The notes beneath the pieces were generated by a model that made no database searches, had not been told where the DNA came from, and saw only the letters and a program-made list of their open reading frames with translations. From assembly GCA_041496385.1 (NCBI GenBank), contig JBGQEL010000046.1:1-30789 (forward strand): a stretch of 30,789 bases of DNA. The letters run 5' to 3'. The DNA is from Candidatus Methylomirabilia bacterium. GTDB lineage: Bacteria > Methylomirabilota > Methylomirabilia > Rokubacteriales > CSP1-6. Shown piece after piece: positions 16,531 to 29,822 of the stretch (within the stretch, counting starts at the first letter, position 1; every line of letters starts with the position of its first letter). Position numbers and translations under genes: made by a program.

Positions 16531-16536
16531 TCTGAT
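16507..16536 (+). promoter_or_regulatory. Putative promoter of the rplU-rpmA operon
   Basis: TTGACG (16507-16512), 18-nt spacer, TG-g-TCTGAT (16528-16536). The -10 match is weak. Confidence 0.4.
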
Positions 16537-16580
16537 AGCGGCTCGTCGCAATCAACGCGTGAGGAAGGTCTCGCATCCCT

Positions 16581-16892
16581 ATGGAAGCCGTCATTGCTAC
16601 CGGTGGCAAGCAGTACCGCGTGGCGCCCGGGCAGGTGATCGCGGTGGAGAAGCTCGCGGGCGACAAGGGGGCGCCGGTCGAGTTCCGGTCGGTCCTCCTC
16701 GTGACGCGCGACGGCGAGGTCATCGCCGAGCCCAAGGCGCTCGCGGACGCCCGGGTCTCCGGCGAGGTGGTCCGCCAGGGGCGCGGCCGCAAGGTGTCGG
16801 TCGTGAAGTTCAAGCGGCGCAAGAACTATCGACGGAATCGGGGTCACCGCCAGGCGGTGACCACGGTCCGCATCATCAAGATCGAGGTCTAG
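16581..16892 (+). CDS. rplU: 50S ribosomal protein L21
   Basis: [12 protein letters not shown] and [15 protein letters not shown]. Confidence 0.97.
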   Translation: MEAVIATGGKQYRVAPGQVIAVEKLAGDKGAPVEFRSVLLVTRDGEVIAEPKALADARVSGEVVRQGRGRKVSVVKFKRRKNYRRNRGHRQAVTTVRIIKIEV

Positions 16893-16897
16893 AGCCC

Positions 16898-17155
16898 ATG
16901 GCTCACAAGAAAGGCGTCGGCAGCTCGAGGAACGGGCGGGACTCCAATCCGCAGATGCTGGGCGTCAAGCGCTTCGCGGGCCAGTTCGTGACCGGCGGCT
17001 CCATCCTGGTGCGCCAGCGCGGGACACGGTTCCGGCCGGGCCTCAACGTCGGCCTGGGGTCGGACGACACGCTTTTCGCCAAGATGGACGGCTACGTCCG
17101 GTTCGAGCGGCGGAGAGACTCGCGCTACGTGAGCGTCACGACCGACCGCGCGTGA
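16898..17155 (+). CDS. rpmA: 50S ribosomal protein L27, 85 aa
   Basis: [16 protein letters not shown]...ILVRQRGT...DDTLFA. Confidence 0.97.
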   Translation: MAHKKGVGSSRNGRDSNPQMLGVKRFAGQFVTGGSILVRQRGTRFRPGLNVGLGSDDTLFAKMDGYVRFERRRDSRYVSVTTDRA

Positions 17156-19356
<2,201 letters not shown>

Positions 19357-19359
19357 GAA

Positions 19360-20622
19360 ATGGCCATGGACATCCGCACCCAGGTGGAAGGCAAGGCCCG
19401 CGCGGCGCACGCGGCCGCGCGCGTGATGGCGCTCTGCCCGACGAAGACCAAGAACGACGCGCTCGGCCAGATGGCGCACGGGCTCGTCGAGAAGACGGCG
19501 GCCCTGCTCGAGGCCAACCGCGCCGACGTCGAGCGCGCGCGGAGCCACGGCGCCGCGCGCGCGTTCCTCGACCGCCTGACGCTCACCGAGGCGCGGGTCG
19601 AGGAGATGGCCGGGGGCCTCCGCGAGATCGCGGCGCTTCCGGATCCCGTGGGCTCGGTCGTCGAGTCGTGGCGCCGGCCCAACGGCATCGAGATCTCGCG
19701 CGTGCGCGTTCCGCTGGGCGTCGTGGGGTTCATCTACGAGTCGCGCCCGAACGTCACCGCGGACGCCGCGGGGCTCTGCGTGAAGGCGGGCAACGCCGTT
19801 CTGCTGCGCGGCGGCAGCGAGGCGATCGAGTCGAACACGATGATCGCCGCCGTGATGGCGAAGGCGCTCGAGAAGGTGGGCGGGCCGGCCGACGCGATCC
19901 AGTTCGTGGACACGACCGACCGGGAGGCGGTCGCCGCGATGATCGAGCTCCACGGCCTCCTCGATCTGGTGATCCCGCGGGGCGGGGAGGAGTTCGTCCG
20001 CTGGGTCGCCGAGCGCTCGCGGGTGCCCGTCCTCAAGCACGACAAGGGCGTGGTGCACGTGTTCGTGGACGCCACGGCGGATCCGACGATGGCGGCCCAG
20101 ATCGTGATCAACGCCAAGGTGCAGCGCCCGAGCGTCTGCAACGCGCTCGAGACGCTCCTGGTTCATCGCGCGATCGCGCCGGTCTTCCTGCCGCAGGCGG
20201 CACGGCACCTTGCCGATGCGGGTGTCGAGCTCCGCGGCTGTCCGGCGACGCGGGCCCTCGTGCCCGCGGCGCGGCCCGCGACGGACGCGGACTGGGACGC
20301 CGAGTACCTCGACCTGATCCTCGCGGTCCGCGTCGTCGAGGATCTCGACGCCGCGATCGCCCACATCCGCCGGCACGGCACGGGCGTTGCCGAGGCGATC
20401 GTGACCAACGACCTCGGCGCCGCCCGCCGCTTCACGCGCGAGGTCGACGCCGCGGCCGTCCTCGTCAACGCCTCGACGCGCCTCGTCGACGGCGGCCAGT
20501 TCGGCATGGGGGCCGAGATGGGCATCTCGACCTCGCGCGTCCATGCCCGCGGCCCGGTCGGCGTGCGCGAGCTGACGACGACGAAGTTCGTGGTCCACGG
20601 CGACGGTCAGGTGCGGGAGTAG
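19360..20622 (+). CDS. proA: Gamma-glutamyl phosphate reductase
   Basis: IYESRPNVT, LRGGSEA, IPRGG, VCNALETLL, NASTR and GAEMGIST..HARGP. Confidence 0.96.
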   Translation: MAMDIRTQVEGKARAAHAAARVMALCPTKTKNDALGQMAHGLVEKTAALLEANRADVERARSHGAARAFLDRLTLTEARVEEMAGGLREIAALPDPVGSVVESWRRPNGIEISRVRVPLGVVGFIYESRPNVTADAAGLCVKAGNAVLLRGGSEAIESNTMIAAVMAKALEKVGGPADAIQFVDTTDREAVAAMIELHGLLDLVIPRGGEEFVRWVAERSRVPVLKHDKGVVHVFVDATADPTMAAQIVINAKVQRPSVCNALETLLVHRAIAPVFLPQAARHLADAGVELRGCPATRALVPAARPATDADWDAEYLDLILAVRVVEDLDAAIAHIRRHGTGVAEAIVTNDLGAARRFTREVDAAAVLVNASTRLVDGGQFGMGAEMGISTSRVHARGPVGVRELTTTKFVVHGDGQVRE

Positions 20623-20624
20623 GC

Positions 20625-21233
20625 TTGGCGCGGACCGCGGTCTTCGGCGGTTCGTTCAACCCGATCCACTACGGGCATCTGCTCCTCGCCGACGAGGTCC
20701 TCGAGGCGCTCACCCTCGACCGGGTCCTCTTCGTGCCCGCCGCGATGCCGCCGCACAAGTCGCCGGCGCACCTGGCGCCCGCGGCCGACCGCTACGAGAT
20801 GGTCCGGTCGGCGATCGGGGGCCGCCCCGGCTTCGAGGTCTCGGACGTCGAGCTCCGCCGCGCGGGTCCCTCCTACACGGTGGACACCCTCGCCGAGCTC
20901 GGGATCCCGCGCGGGGACCTCTTCCTGATCGTCGGCTCCGAGACCTTCCTCGACCTGCTCACGTGGCGCGAGCCCCGGAGGATCGCCACGCTGGCCCGAC
21001 TCGTCGTCGTCCCGCGGGTCGGCAGCGCCTTCGATCCGGACGGGGCCGCGGCGCAGAAGGTCGTTCGCGAGATCGGACAGGAGCCGCTGATCGTGCGCGC
21101 GACCTCGCTCCCCATCTCGGCGTCGGACCTCCGGCGACGCGTTCGCGAGGGCCGGTCGACCGCCTACCGGCTTCCCGACGCCGTCGCGGCCTACATCCGC
21201 GCGCGGCGTCTCTACCAGGGCGAGGTGGCGTGA
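20625..21233 (+). CDS. nadD: Nicotinate-nucleotide adenylyltransferase, 202 aa
   Basis: FGGSFNPIHYGH, PPHK, SYTVDTL and ISASDLR. TTG start inferred. Confidence 0.95.
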   Translation: MARTAVFGGSFNPIHYGHLLLADEVLEALTLDRVLFVPAAMPPHKSPAHLAPAADRYEMVRSAIGGRPGFEVSDVELRRAGPSYTVDTLAELGIPRGDLFLIVGSETFLDLLTWREPRRIATLARLVVVPRVGSAFDPDGAAAQKVVREIGQEPLIVRATSLPISASDLRRRVREGRSTAYRLPDAVAAYIRARRLYQGEVA

Positions 21234-21586
21234 CGCCGCCGTCGGCGGAGCAGAAGGCACGGGACGCCGCGCGCGCGGCACTCGACAAGCGGGCGACCGG
21301 CCTGATCGTGCTCGACGTGCGCGGCGTCTCGAGCGTCGCCGACTACTTTCTGGTCTGCAGCGCCAAGTCGACGACCCACATGGAGACGATCTCCTCCGCG
21401 ATCCGGGCGGAGCTCAGGGTCGAGGGGACCCGCCCGCTCCACGCCGAGGGCGCGGCCCAGAGCGGCTGGATCCTCCTCGACTACGGCGACGTCCTCATGC
21501 ACGTCTTCCTCGAGGACACGCGCGCCTACTACGCGCTCGAGCGCCTCTGGGGCGACGCGCCCGTCCTTTCGCTCGACGGCGGATGA
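21230..21586 (+). CDS. rsfS: Ribosome silencing factor RsfS (Iojap), 118 aa
   Basis: DKRA...LDV...ADYFLVCS and WILLDYGDVLMHVF...R.YYALERLWGDA. Confidence 0.95.
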   Translation: MTPPSAEQKARDAARAALDKRATGLIVLDVRGVSSVADYFLVCSAKSTTHMETISSAIRAELRVEGTRPLHAEGAAQSGWILLDYGDVLMHVFLEDTRAYYALERLWGDAPVLSLDGG

Positions 21587-21604
21587 AATCGGAGCGCGAA
21601 GGTG

Positions 21605-21673
21605 TTGCGCGCTCCCGCCACGCATGCTAGCGTTCATAACTCAAGTGCGCAGCACAGCCGCGGTGGAAGGAGG
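21605..21673 (+). promoter_or_regulatory. Putative promoter and RBS of the dksA-like gene
   Basis: TTGCGC (21605-21610), 17 nt, TAGCGT (21628-21633) with a TG extension. GGAAGGAGG at 21665-21673. Confidence 0.55.
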
Positions 21674-21678
21674 CTGCG

Positions 21679-22044
21679 ATGCGAAAAGAACGACTGGCGT
21701 ACTTCAAGAAGCAGCTGGTCGAGAAGCAGCGCCAGCTGGCGGACGAGGTCGGTCGCACCGCGATCTACGGCAAGGATCAGGAGGACGACTCGATCAAGGA
21801 TCTCGGCGACCAGGCCAACACCGCCTACAACAGGGAATTCTTTTTCGAGCTGGGCAACGGCGACCGCCGGCTCCTGCGGGACGTCGTCTCCGCGCTGCAG
21901 AAGCTCGACGACGGTGCGTTCGGCTCCTGCGAGCGATGCGGCGAGGCCATCTCGGAGAAGCGGCTGGAGGCGCTGCCGTTCGCGCGCTACTGCATCGACT
22001 GCCAGCGCGTCGTCGAGCAAGAGGAGCGGATGGCCACGGGCTAG
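21679..22044 (+). CDS. dksA: DksA/TraR family C4 zinc-finger transcription factor, 121 aa
   Basis: Coiled-coil tip DLGDQA (DxxDxA), FGSCERCGEAI..RLEALP.ARYCIDC. Confidence 0.88.
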   Translation: MRKERLAYFKKQLVEKQRQLADEVGRTAIYGKDQEDDSIKDLGDQANTAYNREFFFELGNGDRRLLRDVVSALQKLDDGAFGSCERCGEAISEKRLEALPFARYCIDCQRVVEQEERMATG

Positions 22045-22099
22045 CCGTACGCCGCCCGGACCCGCGGCTCCTGCTCCCCCCGGCTCCCCCGCTCGCGCC

Positions 22100-23047
22100 G
22101 TGACGCCCTTCGCCTCGCTCCGGACCCTCGTCTCGGCCGGTTTCGGCCTGAGGCGCCTTCTCGATTTCGCCCGCCCGCCCGCGCCGACCCAGGACGACCC
22201 GACGACGCTCGACCTGCTCCGGCACGCCGGCGAGGCGCGGGCGGCGGGGCGGTCGCAGGAGGCGGGGCCCCTCTACCGCCAGGTGCTCCAGTCGCACCGG
22301 GGCCACCTCGGCGCCCTCCGCGGTCTCCGCGAGCTCGCCGTCGAGGCGGGCCAGTGGCGCGACGCGCTCGACGTGCAGCACCGGATCCTGGGCGCCGTCG
22401 GCTCCACGGAACGCTCGCCCGAGACGGAGTGGCTCGCGGTCGCGCACTACGAGCTCGGGCGCGCGGAGCTCCAGCGCGGGAACGCGGCCGCCGCGGTGCC
22501 GCACCTCCGGAGCGCGACGCGGGCCGACCGCCATTTCCTGCCCGCCGCGATCGCGCTGGGCGACGCGCACGAGATGCTCGGGGAGCGCCGCGAGGCCGCC
22601 CGCGTCTGGGAGCGGGCGGTCGAGGTCCAGGCTTCGCTGCCGCTCCTCGCCCGGCTCGAGCGCGTCTACCGCGACGAGGGGCGCCCCAGCCGCATGATCC
22701 AGCTCTACCGGTCGGCGATCGACCGCGCGCCCGACGACCTGTCGCTCGCGGTCGCCCTCGGCCGCGTCCTCTTCGAGCTCGAGATGCTGGACGAGGCCGC
22801 CGACCAGCTCGAGAAGGTCGAGGTGCGGGCCCCCGACCTGCCCGCGGTCCACGCTTACCTCGGCGCCGTGTTCGAGCGGCGCGGGGAGACGCGCGAGGCG
22901 TTCGCGGAGTATCGCCGCGCGCTCCAGCTCGGCCACGCCTTCGACTGGCCGCACCGGTGCGAGGCGTGCGGCGCCCCGGCGGCGGCCTGGCAGGACCGGT
23001 GCGAGCGCTGCCGCCGCTGGAACACGCTGCGCCCCGCCCGTCCGTAG
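22100..23047 (+). CDS. Tetratricopeptide repeat protein with C-terminal rubredoxin-like zinc ribbon (LapB/YciM-like), about 315 aa
   Basis: Repeated TPR-like helix pairs and C-terminal CEACG.....W...CERC..WNT. The GTG 22100 start is uncertain (no RBS). Confidence 0.75.
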   Translation: MTPFASLRTLVSAGFGLRRLLDFARPPAPTQDDPTTLDLLRHAGEARAAGRSQEAGPLYRQVLQSHRGHLGALRGLRELAVEAGQWRDALDVQHRILGAVGSTERSPETEWLAVAHYELGRAELQRGNAAAAVPHLRSATRADRHFLPAAIALGDAHEMLGERREAARVWERAVEVQASLPLLARLERVYRDEGRPSRMIQLYRSAIDRAPDDLSLAVALGRVLFELEMLDEAADQLEKVEVRAPDLPAVHAYLGAVFERRGETREAFAEYRRALQLGHAFDWPHRCEACGAPAAAWQDRCERCRRWNTLRPARP

Positions 23048-23068
23048 AGACTGGGTGCGCCCCTGAAG

Positions 23069-24833
<1,765 letters not shown>

Positions 24834-24841
24834 GGCCGCGC

Positions 24842-26026
24842 TTGCCGAAGCTCTCCATCGAGCAGCTGGATCTCGCCGGCAAGCGCGTCTTCGTCCGCGC
24901 CGACCTCAACGCGCCGCTCGCCGGGGGCGAGGTGTCCGACGACACCCGCCTCCGCGCGGTGGTGCCGACGCTCCGCCACGCGCTGAAGGCGGGAGCGTCC
25001 GTGGTCCTCGCCTCGCACCTCGGCCGGCCGAAGGGCCGGGACGCGACGTACTCGCTCGCCCCGGTCGCCGGGCGCCTCGAGGCCCTTCTCGGCCAGCGCG
25101 TGGAGCTGGCGCCCGACTGCGTCGGGCCCGAGACCGTGGCGCGCGCGCGGGCGCTCGGACCGGGCGAGGTGCTGCTCCTCGAAAACCTCCGCTTCCATCC
25201 CGAGGAGGAGAAGAACGACGACGCGTTCGCCCGCGAGCTCGCCGGACTCGCGGACTGCTACGTGGACGACGCCTTCGCGGCCGCGCACCGCGCGCACGCG
25301 TCGATCGACGCGATCACGCGCCACCTCCAGCCCGCCGCCGCCGGGCTCCTCATGCAGCAGGAGCTCACCGCGCTCGGCCGCATCCTCGAGGCGCCGGCCC
25401 GGCCGCTCGTCGCGATCCTGGGCGGGGCCAAGGTGTCCGACAAGCTCGCGCTCGTCGAGCACCTGCTCGCGCGGGTCGACGCGCTGCTCGTCGGCGGCGG
25501 CATGGCCTTCACTTTCTTACTGGCGCTCGGCCACGCCACCGGCCGCTCGCTGGTCGAGGCCGATCGCGTCGAGACGGCCCGCGCGGCGCTCGAGACGGCC
25601 CGCCGGCGCGGCGTCCGTCTCGTGCTCCCGGTCGACACGCTCGTCGCGGAGGGACTCGACAGCCCGTCGGGCCGCGTGGTCAGCGTGCGCGAGATTCCGC
25701 CGGACCTCATGGGCCTCGACATCGGCCCGCGCAGCGCGGAGGCGTTCGGCGCCGAGCTGCGCCGAGCGAAGACGATCGTGTGGAACGGGCCGATGGGCGT
25801 GTTCGAGAAGCCCCCGTTCGCCGGCGGCACGGTTGCGGTCGCGCGCGCGGTCGCCGCGGCGCCGGCCTTCGCCGTCATCGGCGGCGGGGACACGATCGCC
25901 GCGGTGGCGCAGGCGGGTGTCACGGACCGGATCGGCTACATCTCGACGGCGGGCGGCGCGTTCCTCGAGTTCCTCGAGGGCCGGAAGCTCCCGGGCGTCG
26001 AGGCGCTGACGGAGGCGCCGGCGTGA
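24842..26026 (+). CDS. pgk: Phosphoglycerate kinase, 394 aa
   Basis: RADLNAP, SHLGRP, LENLRF, GGAKVSDK, WNGPMGVFE and GGGDT. TTG start inferred. Confidence 0.97.
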   Translation: MPKLSIEQLDLAGKRVFVRADLNAPLAGGEVSDDTRLRAVVPTLRHALKAGASVVLASHLGRPKGRDATYSLAPVAGRLEALLGQRVELAPDCVGPETVARARALGPGEVLLLENLRFHPEEEKNDDAFARELAGLADCYVDDAFAAAHRAHASIDAITRHLQPAAAGLLMQQELTALGRILEAPARPLVAILGGAKVSDKLALVEHLLARVDALLVGGGMAFTFLLALGHATGRSLVEADRVETARAALETARRRGVRLVLPVDTLVAEGLDSPSGRVVSVREIPPDLMGLDIGPRSAEAFGAELRRAKTIVWNGPMGVFEKPPFAGGTVAVARAVAAAPAFAVIGGGDTIAAVAQAGVTDRIGYISTAGGAFLEFLEGRKLPGVEALTEAPA

Positions 26027-26802
26027 GGACGCCGCTCGTCGTCGGCAACTGGAAGATGCACGGCACCGTCGCGGAGGCACGCGCCCTCGCCGGCGCGATC
26101 CGCGAGGGTCTCAAGCGGCCGCGCGGCGTGCAGGCGGTCGTCTGCCCGCCGTTCACCGCCCTCGCGGCCGTCGGCGAGCTGCTCGCGGGCGGGCCGATCC
26201 TCCTCGGCGCGCAGACCTGCCACCACGAGCCCTCGGGCGCGCACACGGGCGAGATCGCGCCGCCGATGCTGGTCGAGCTCGGCTGCCGCTACGTGCTGCT
26301 CGGCCACTCGGAGCGCCGCAAGGAGATCGGCGAGAGCGACGAGCTGATCAACCGCAAGGTTCGCGCCGTCCTGGCGCACGGCCTCACACCGGTCCTCTGC
26401 GTCGGCGAGACCGCCGGGGAGCGCCGTCAGGGGCTCACGTTCACGACGGTCGAGGGCCAGCTCCGCGCCGGCCTCGCCGGCCTGACCGGCGACCAGATCG
26501 GCAAGACCACGCTCGCCTACGAGCCCGTCTGGGCGATCGGCACCGGCGTGAACGCCACCTCGGGCCAGGCGGCCGAGGTGCACGGATACCTCCGCGGCCT
26601 GGTGACCGAGCTCGCCTCGAAGGAGACCGCGCAGGCGGTCCGGATCCTCTACGGCGGTAGCGTCAAGGCCGAGAACGTCGAGGGGCTCGTGGCCGAGCCC
26701 GAGATCGACGGCGCGCTGGTCGGGGGCGCGAGCCTGCAGGCGCCGGGGTTCATCGCCATCGTCAAGAAGGCGGCGCGCGGCGGCGCGGCGTCGAAGGAGT
26801 GA
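26023..26802 (+). CDS. tpiA: Triosephosphate isomerase, 259 aa
   Basis: GNWKM, GHSERR, AYEPVWAIGTG, LYGGSV and VGGASL. Confidence 0.97.
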   Translation: MRTPLVVGNWKMHGTVAEARALAGAIREGLKRPRGVQAVVCPPFTALAAVGELLAGGPILLGAQTCHHEPSGAHTGEIAPPMLVELGCRYVLLGHSERRKEIGESDELINRKVRAVLAHGLTPVLCVGETAGERRQGLTFTTVEGQLRAGLAGLTGDQIGKTTLAYEPVWAIGTGVNATSGQAAEVHGYLRGLVTELASKETAQAVRILYGGSVKAENVEGLVAEPEIDGALVGGASLQAPGFIAIVKKAARGGAASKE

Positions 26803-26806
26803 AGCG

Positions 26807-27136
26807 ATGTACTACGTCCTGATCGGCGTCCACGTCCTCGCGTGCTTCGCCATCATCGGCATCGTGCTGCTCCAGGCCGGCAAGGGCGCCGACATCGGCT
26901 CGGCGTTCGGCGGCGCCGGGAGCCAGGCGGTGTTCGGGTCGATGGGCACGCCGACGGTCCTCGGCAAGATCACGACGGCGATCGCGATCATCTTCACGGT
27001 GACGTCGTTCAGCCTGGCGCTCCTGGGCGGCGACCGCGGCAGCTCCGTGGTGCGTGAGGCGCCGGCGGCGCTTGGCGCGCCGCCCTCGCCCGCGCCGGCG
27101 CCGGCCACTCCGGCCCCGTCCGCGCCGACGCGCTGA
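26807..27136 (+). CDS. secG: Preprotein translocase subunit SecG
   Basis: VLLQAGKGADIGSAFGG, two TM segments, a Pro/Ala-rich tail, and the usual position after tpiA. Confidence 0.95.
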   Translation: MYYVLIGVHVLACFAIIGIVLLQAGKGADIGSAFGGAGSQAVFGSMGTPTVLGKITTAIAIIFTVTSFSLALLGGDRGSSVVREAPAALGAPPSPAPAPATPAPSAPTR

Positions 27137-27138
27137 AC

Positions 27139-28797
27139 GTGAAGCCGTTCGCATCGGCCGGCCCGCTGGCCCTCACCCTCGCCCTGGCCCTCGGCGGGTG
27201 CGGCGGCGAGGCCGACAGCGCCGTCGAGCAGGTGGGTGCGCGCGGAGGCGAGAAGGCGGCCTACGGCGACACGTTCATCGAGGCCCTGACCGGCAACATC
27301 TCGGGCCTCATCCCCAACATTCTGAGCGACAGCGCCTCCTTCGAGGTCGGCTCGCTGATCTACAGCGGGCTCGTGATGCGGGACCGCGACCTCAACGTCG
27401 TGCCCGAGCTGGCCGAGTCGTGGAAGTTCAGCAAGGACTGTCTGAACCTCACGTTCAAGCTGAGATCCAACGTGCGCTGGCACGACGGGCAGCCGTTCAC
27501 GGCGTCGGACGTGGTCTTCACGTACGACACCATGATCAACCCGAAGACGCCGACCGCCTACCGCGAGGACTTCAAGGCGGTCGAGTCCGTCACCGCGCCC
27601 GATCCCCTGACGGTGCGCATCCGGTACAAGCAGCCGTACGCGAAGGCGCTGCAGAGCTGGGGGACCTGGGTGCTGCCCCAGCACCTTCTCGAGCCCTACG
27701 TGCGCGAGGGCAAGCTCCGCGAGGCGCCGCAGAACCGGTCCAACCCGGTCGGCACGGGCGCCTACCGCTTCAACCAGTGGAAGCCGGGCGAGAAGGTGGT
27801 GCTCGTCGCGAACCCCGACTACTTCGAGGGGCGCCCCTACATCTCGCGCGTCGTGTACCGCATCATCCCGAGCCAGGCGACGATCTTCCTCGAGCTGAAG
27901 GCAAGGGGCGTGGACTCGGCGGGACTCACCGCGCTCCAGTTCAAGCGCCAGACCGAGTACCCGGCGTTCCGGAAGGCGTACCACAAGTACCAGTATCCGG
28001 CGAACGCCTACACCTACCTCGGCTTCAACCTCAAGGACCCGCGCTTCGCCGACCGGCGTGTCCGCCAGGCGTTCGCGCACGCGATCGACAAGCGCGAGCT
28101 GATCGACGGCGTGCTCCTCGGCCTCGGGCGCGACGCCACGGGTCCCTACAAGCCGGGCACCTGGGCCTACAACGGCAACGTCCGGACCTACCCGCACGAC
28201 CTCGAGAAGGCGCGCGCGCTGCTCGCGGCCGCCGGGTGGAGGGACAAGAACGCCGACGGCCTTCTCGTCAACCGGGACGGCCAGCCCTTCAAGTTCGAGC
28301 TGATGACCAACCAGGGGAACGACGAGCGCAAGAAGGTCGCGGAGATCGTCCAGGCTTCGCTGAAGGAGCTGGGCATCCAGGTGGAGATCCGCGTGATCGA
28401 GTGGGCGTCCTTCCTGAAGGAGTACATCAAGAAGCGGCGCTTCGAGGCGATCATCCTCGGCTGGGGCATCGGCCTCGACCCCGATCAGTACGAGATCTGG
28501 CACTCGTCGAAGACGGGACCGGACGAGCTCAACCACATCTCGTACGCCAATCCCGAGGTGGATGCGCTGCTCGACGCCGGACGGAGCTCGTGCCTGCAGG
28601 AGGATCGGAAGAAGTACTACGACCGGCTCCAGGAGGTCCTCGCCGAGGACCAGCCGCTCGTGTTCCTCTACTTCCGCGACGCCCTGCCCGTCGTCTCCGC
28701 GCGCGTCCGGGGCATCGTGCCGGCGCCGAACGGGATCCGGTACAACTTCAACGAGTGGTACGTGCCCAAGCATCTCCAGCGCTACACGGCGGGGTGA
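27139..28797 (+). CDS. ABC transporter substrate-binding lipoprotein, family 5 (peptide/nickel; OppA/AppA-like)
   Basis: Lipobox-like LALGGC, PELAESW, WHDGQPFTASDVVFT, PVGTGAY and DRRVRQA. Confidence 0.92.
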   Translation: MKPFASAGPLALTLALALGGCGGEADSAVEQVGARGGEKAAYGDTFIEALTGNISGLIPNILSDSASFEVGSLIYSGLVMRDRDLNVVPELAESWKFSKDCLNLTFKLRSNVRWHDGQPFTASDVVFTYDTMINPKTPTAYREDFKAVESVTAPDPLTVRIRYKQPYAKALQSWGTWVLPQHLLEPYVREGKLREAPQNRSNPVGTGAYRFNQWKPGEKVVLVANPDYFEGRPYISRVVYRIIPSQATIFLELKARGVDSAGLTALQFKRQTEYPAFRKAYHKYQYPANAYTYLGFNLKDPRFADRRVRQAFAHAIDKRELIDGVLLGLGRDATGPYKPGTWAYNGNVRTYPHDLEKARALLAAAGWRDKNADGLLVNRDGQPFKFELMTNQGNDERKKVAEIVQASLKELGIQVEIRVIEWASFLKEYIKKRRFEAIILGWGIGLDPDQYEIWHSSKTGPDELNHISYANPEVDALLDAGRSSCLQEDRKKYYDRLQEVLAEDQPLVFLYFRDALPVVSARVRGIVPAPNGIRYNFNEWYVPKHLQRYTAG

Positions 28798-28812
28798 CCG
28801 CGCGCGATGGGA

Positions 28813-28818
28813 TAGAAT
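28813..28818 (+). promoter_or_regulatory. Putative internal -10 box before the first permease (leaderless geometry)
   Basis: TAGAAT 8 nt upstream of ATG 28827, with no SD in between. Confidence 0.45.
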
Positions 28819-28826
28819 AGCGCGCC

Positions 28827-29822
28827 ATGCTCCTCTACGCGCTGCGGCGCCTGCTGCTCGCGGTTCCGCTGCTGATCGGCATCACCTTCATCTCCTTCCT
28901 CGTCATTCATCTGGCTCCGGGTGAGCCCTCGGAGATCCAGACGGGTGACATGTCGATCCAGTCCGACAAGCAGATGCGGGAACGGCTCCGCGAGGAGTAC
29001 GGACTCGACAAGCCGCTGCACATGCAGTACTGGAACTGGTTCTCGCGCCTGACGCGCCTCGACTTCGGCAAGTCGTTCTCGCCCGACGCCCGCCCCGTGC
29101 TCCAGAAGATCAGCGAGCGCCTCCCGGTGACGCTGCTCCTCAACGTCGTGGAGATGCTGATCATCGTCGCGCTCGCCGTCCCGATCGGGGCCCTGTCGGC
29201 GACGCGCCAGTACTCCACGTTCGACAAGGTCACGACGGTCTTCGTCTTCGTGGGCTTCGCGACGCCGGACTTCTGGCTCGCGCTGCTGCTGATGATCCTC
29301 TTCGGCGTGCAGCTCGGGTGGCTGCCGATCTCGGGCCTGCGCTCGCTCAACTGGGAGTACCTCTCGTTCTGGCGCCAGCAGGGGGACTTCGTGGGCCACC
29401 TGCTCCTGCCGATCGTGGTCGCCACCTTCGGCGGCCTGGCCGGCTTCTCGCGCTACATGCGCCAGTCGATGCTCGAGGTCGTCCGGCAGGACTACATCCA
29501 GTCGGCGCGCGCCAAGGGGCTCGCGGAGCGCGTGGTGATCGGCAAGCACGCGCTGCGGAACGCGATGCTGCCGATCGTGACGGTGCTCGGCCTCTCGCTG
29601 CCCGGCCTCATCGGCGGCAGCGTGATCGTGGAGTCGATCTTCGCGATACCTGGCATGGGCCAGCTCATGGTGCAGGCGGTGTTCGAGCGCGACTACCCGG
29701 TCATCATGGGGAACCTCGTCATCGTCGCCACGCTGACGCTGGTCGCCAATCTCGTCGCCGACATCACCTACAGCTTCGTGGACCCGCGCATCCGCGTCGG
29801 CGGCCGCCGGGGCCGCCGGTGA
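28827..29822 (+). CDS. Peptide/nickel ABC transporter permease (OppB/DppB-like)
   Basis: [34 protein letters not shown] and RDYPV...VDPRI. Confidence 0.93.
   Translation: MLLYALRRLLLAVPLLIGITFISFLVIHLAPGEPSEIQTGDMSIQSDKQMRERLREEYGLDKPLHMQYWNWFSRLTRLDFGKSFSPDARPVLQKISERLPVTLLLNVVEMLIIVALAVPIGALSATRQYSTFDKVTTVFVFVGFATPDFWLALLLMILFGVQLGWLPISGLRSLNWEYLSFWRQQGDFVGHLLLPIVVATFGGLAGFSRYMRQSMLEVVRQDYIQSARAKGLAERVVIGKHALRNAMLPIVTVLGLSLPGLIGGSVIVESIFAIPGMGQLMVQAVFERDYPVIMGNLVIVATLTLVANLVADITYSFVDPRIRVGGRRGRR

Noticed and set aside
16537..16580. Possible L21 leader RNA upstream of rplU
   Set aside because: Only a weak short hairpin around the SD. It cannot be matched to a known family by eye.
22041..22061. 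Similarity of ctagccgtacgccgcccggac to 3941-3964 (ctagccgcccgtacgccgccggac)
   Set aside because: Only a short GC-rich exact match with indels and two copies, one inside coding sequence. Consistent with chance.
27055..27136. Low-complexity GC repeats at the secG 3' end and in the iorB linker (about 3020-3140)
   Set aside because: They encode Pro/Ala-rich linkers or tails and are not DNA repeat elements.
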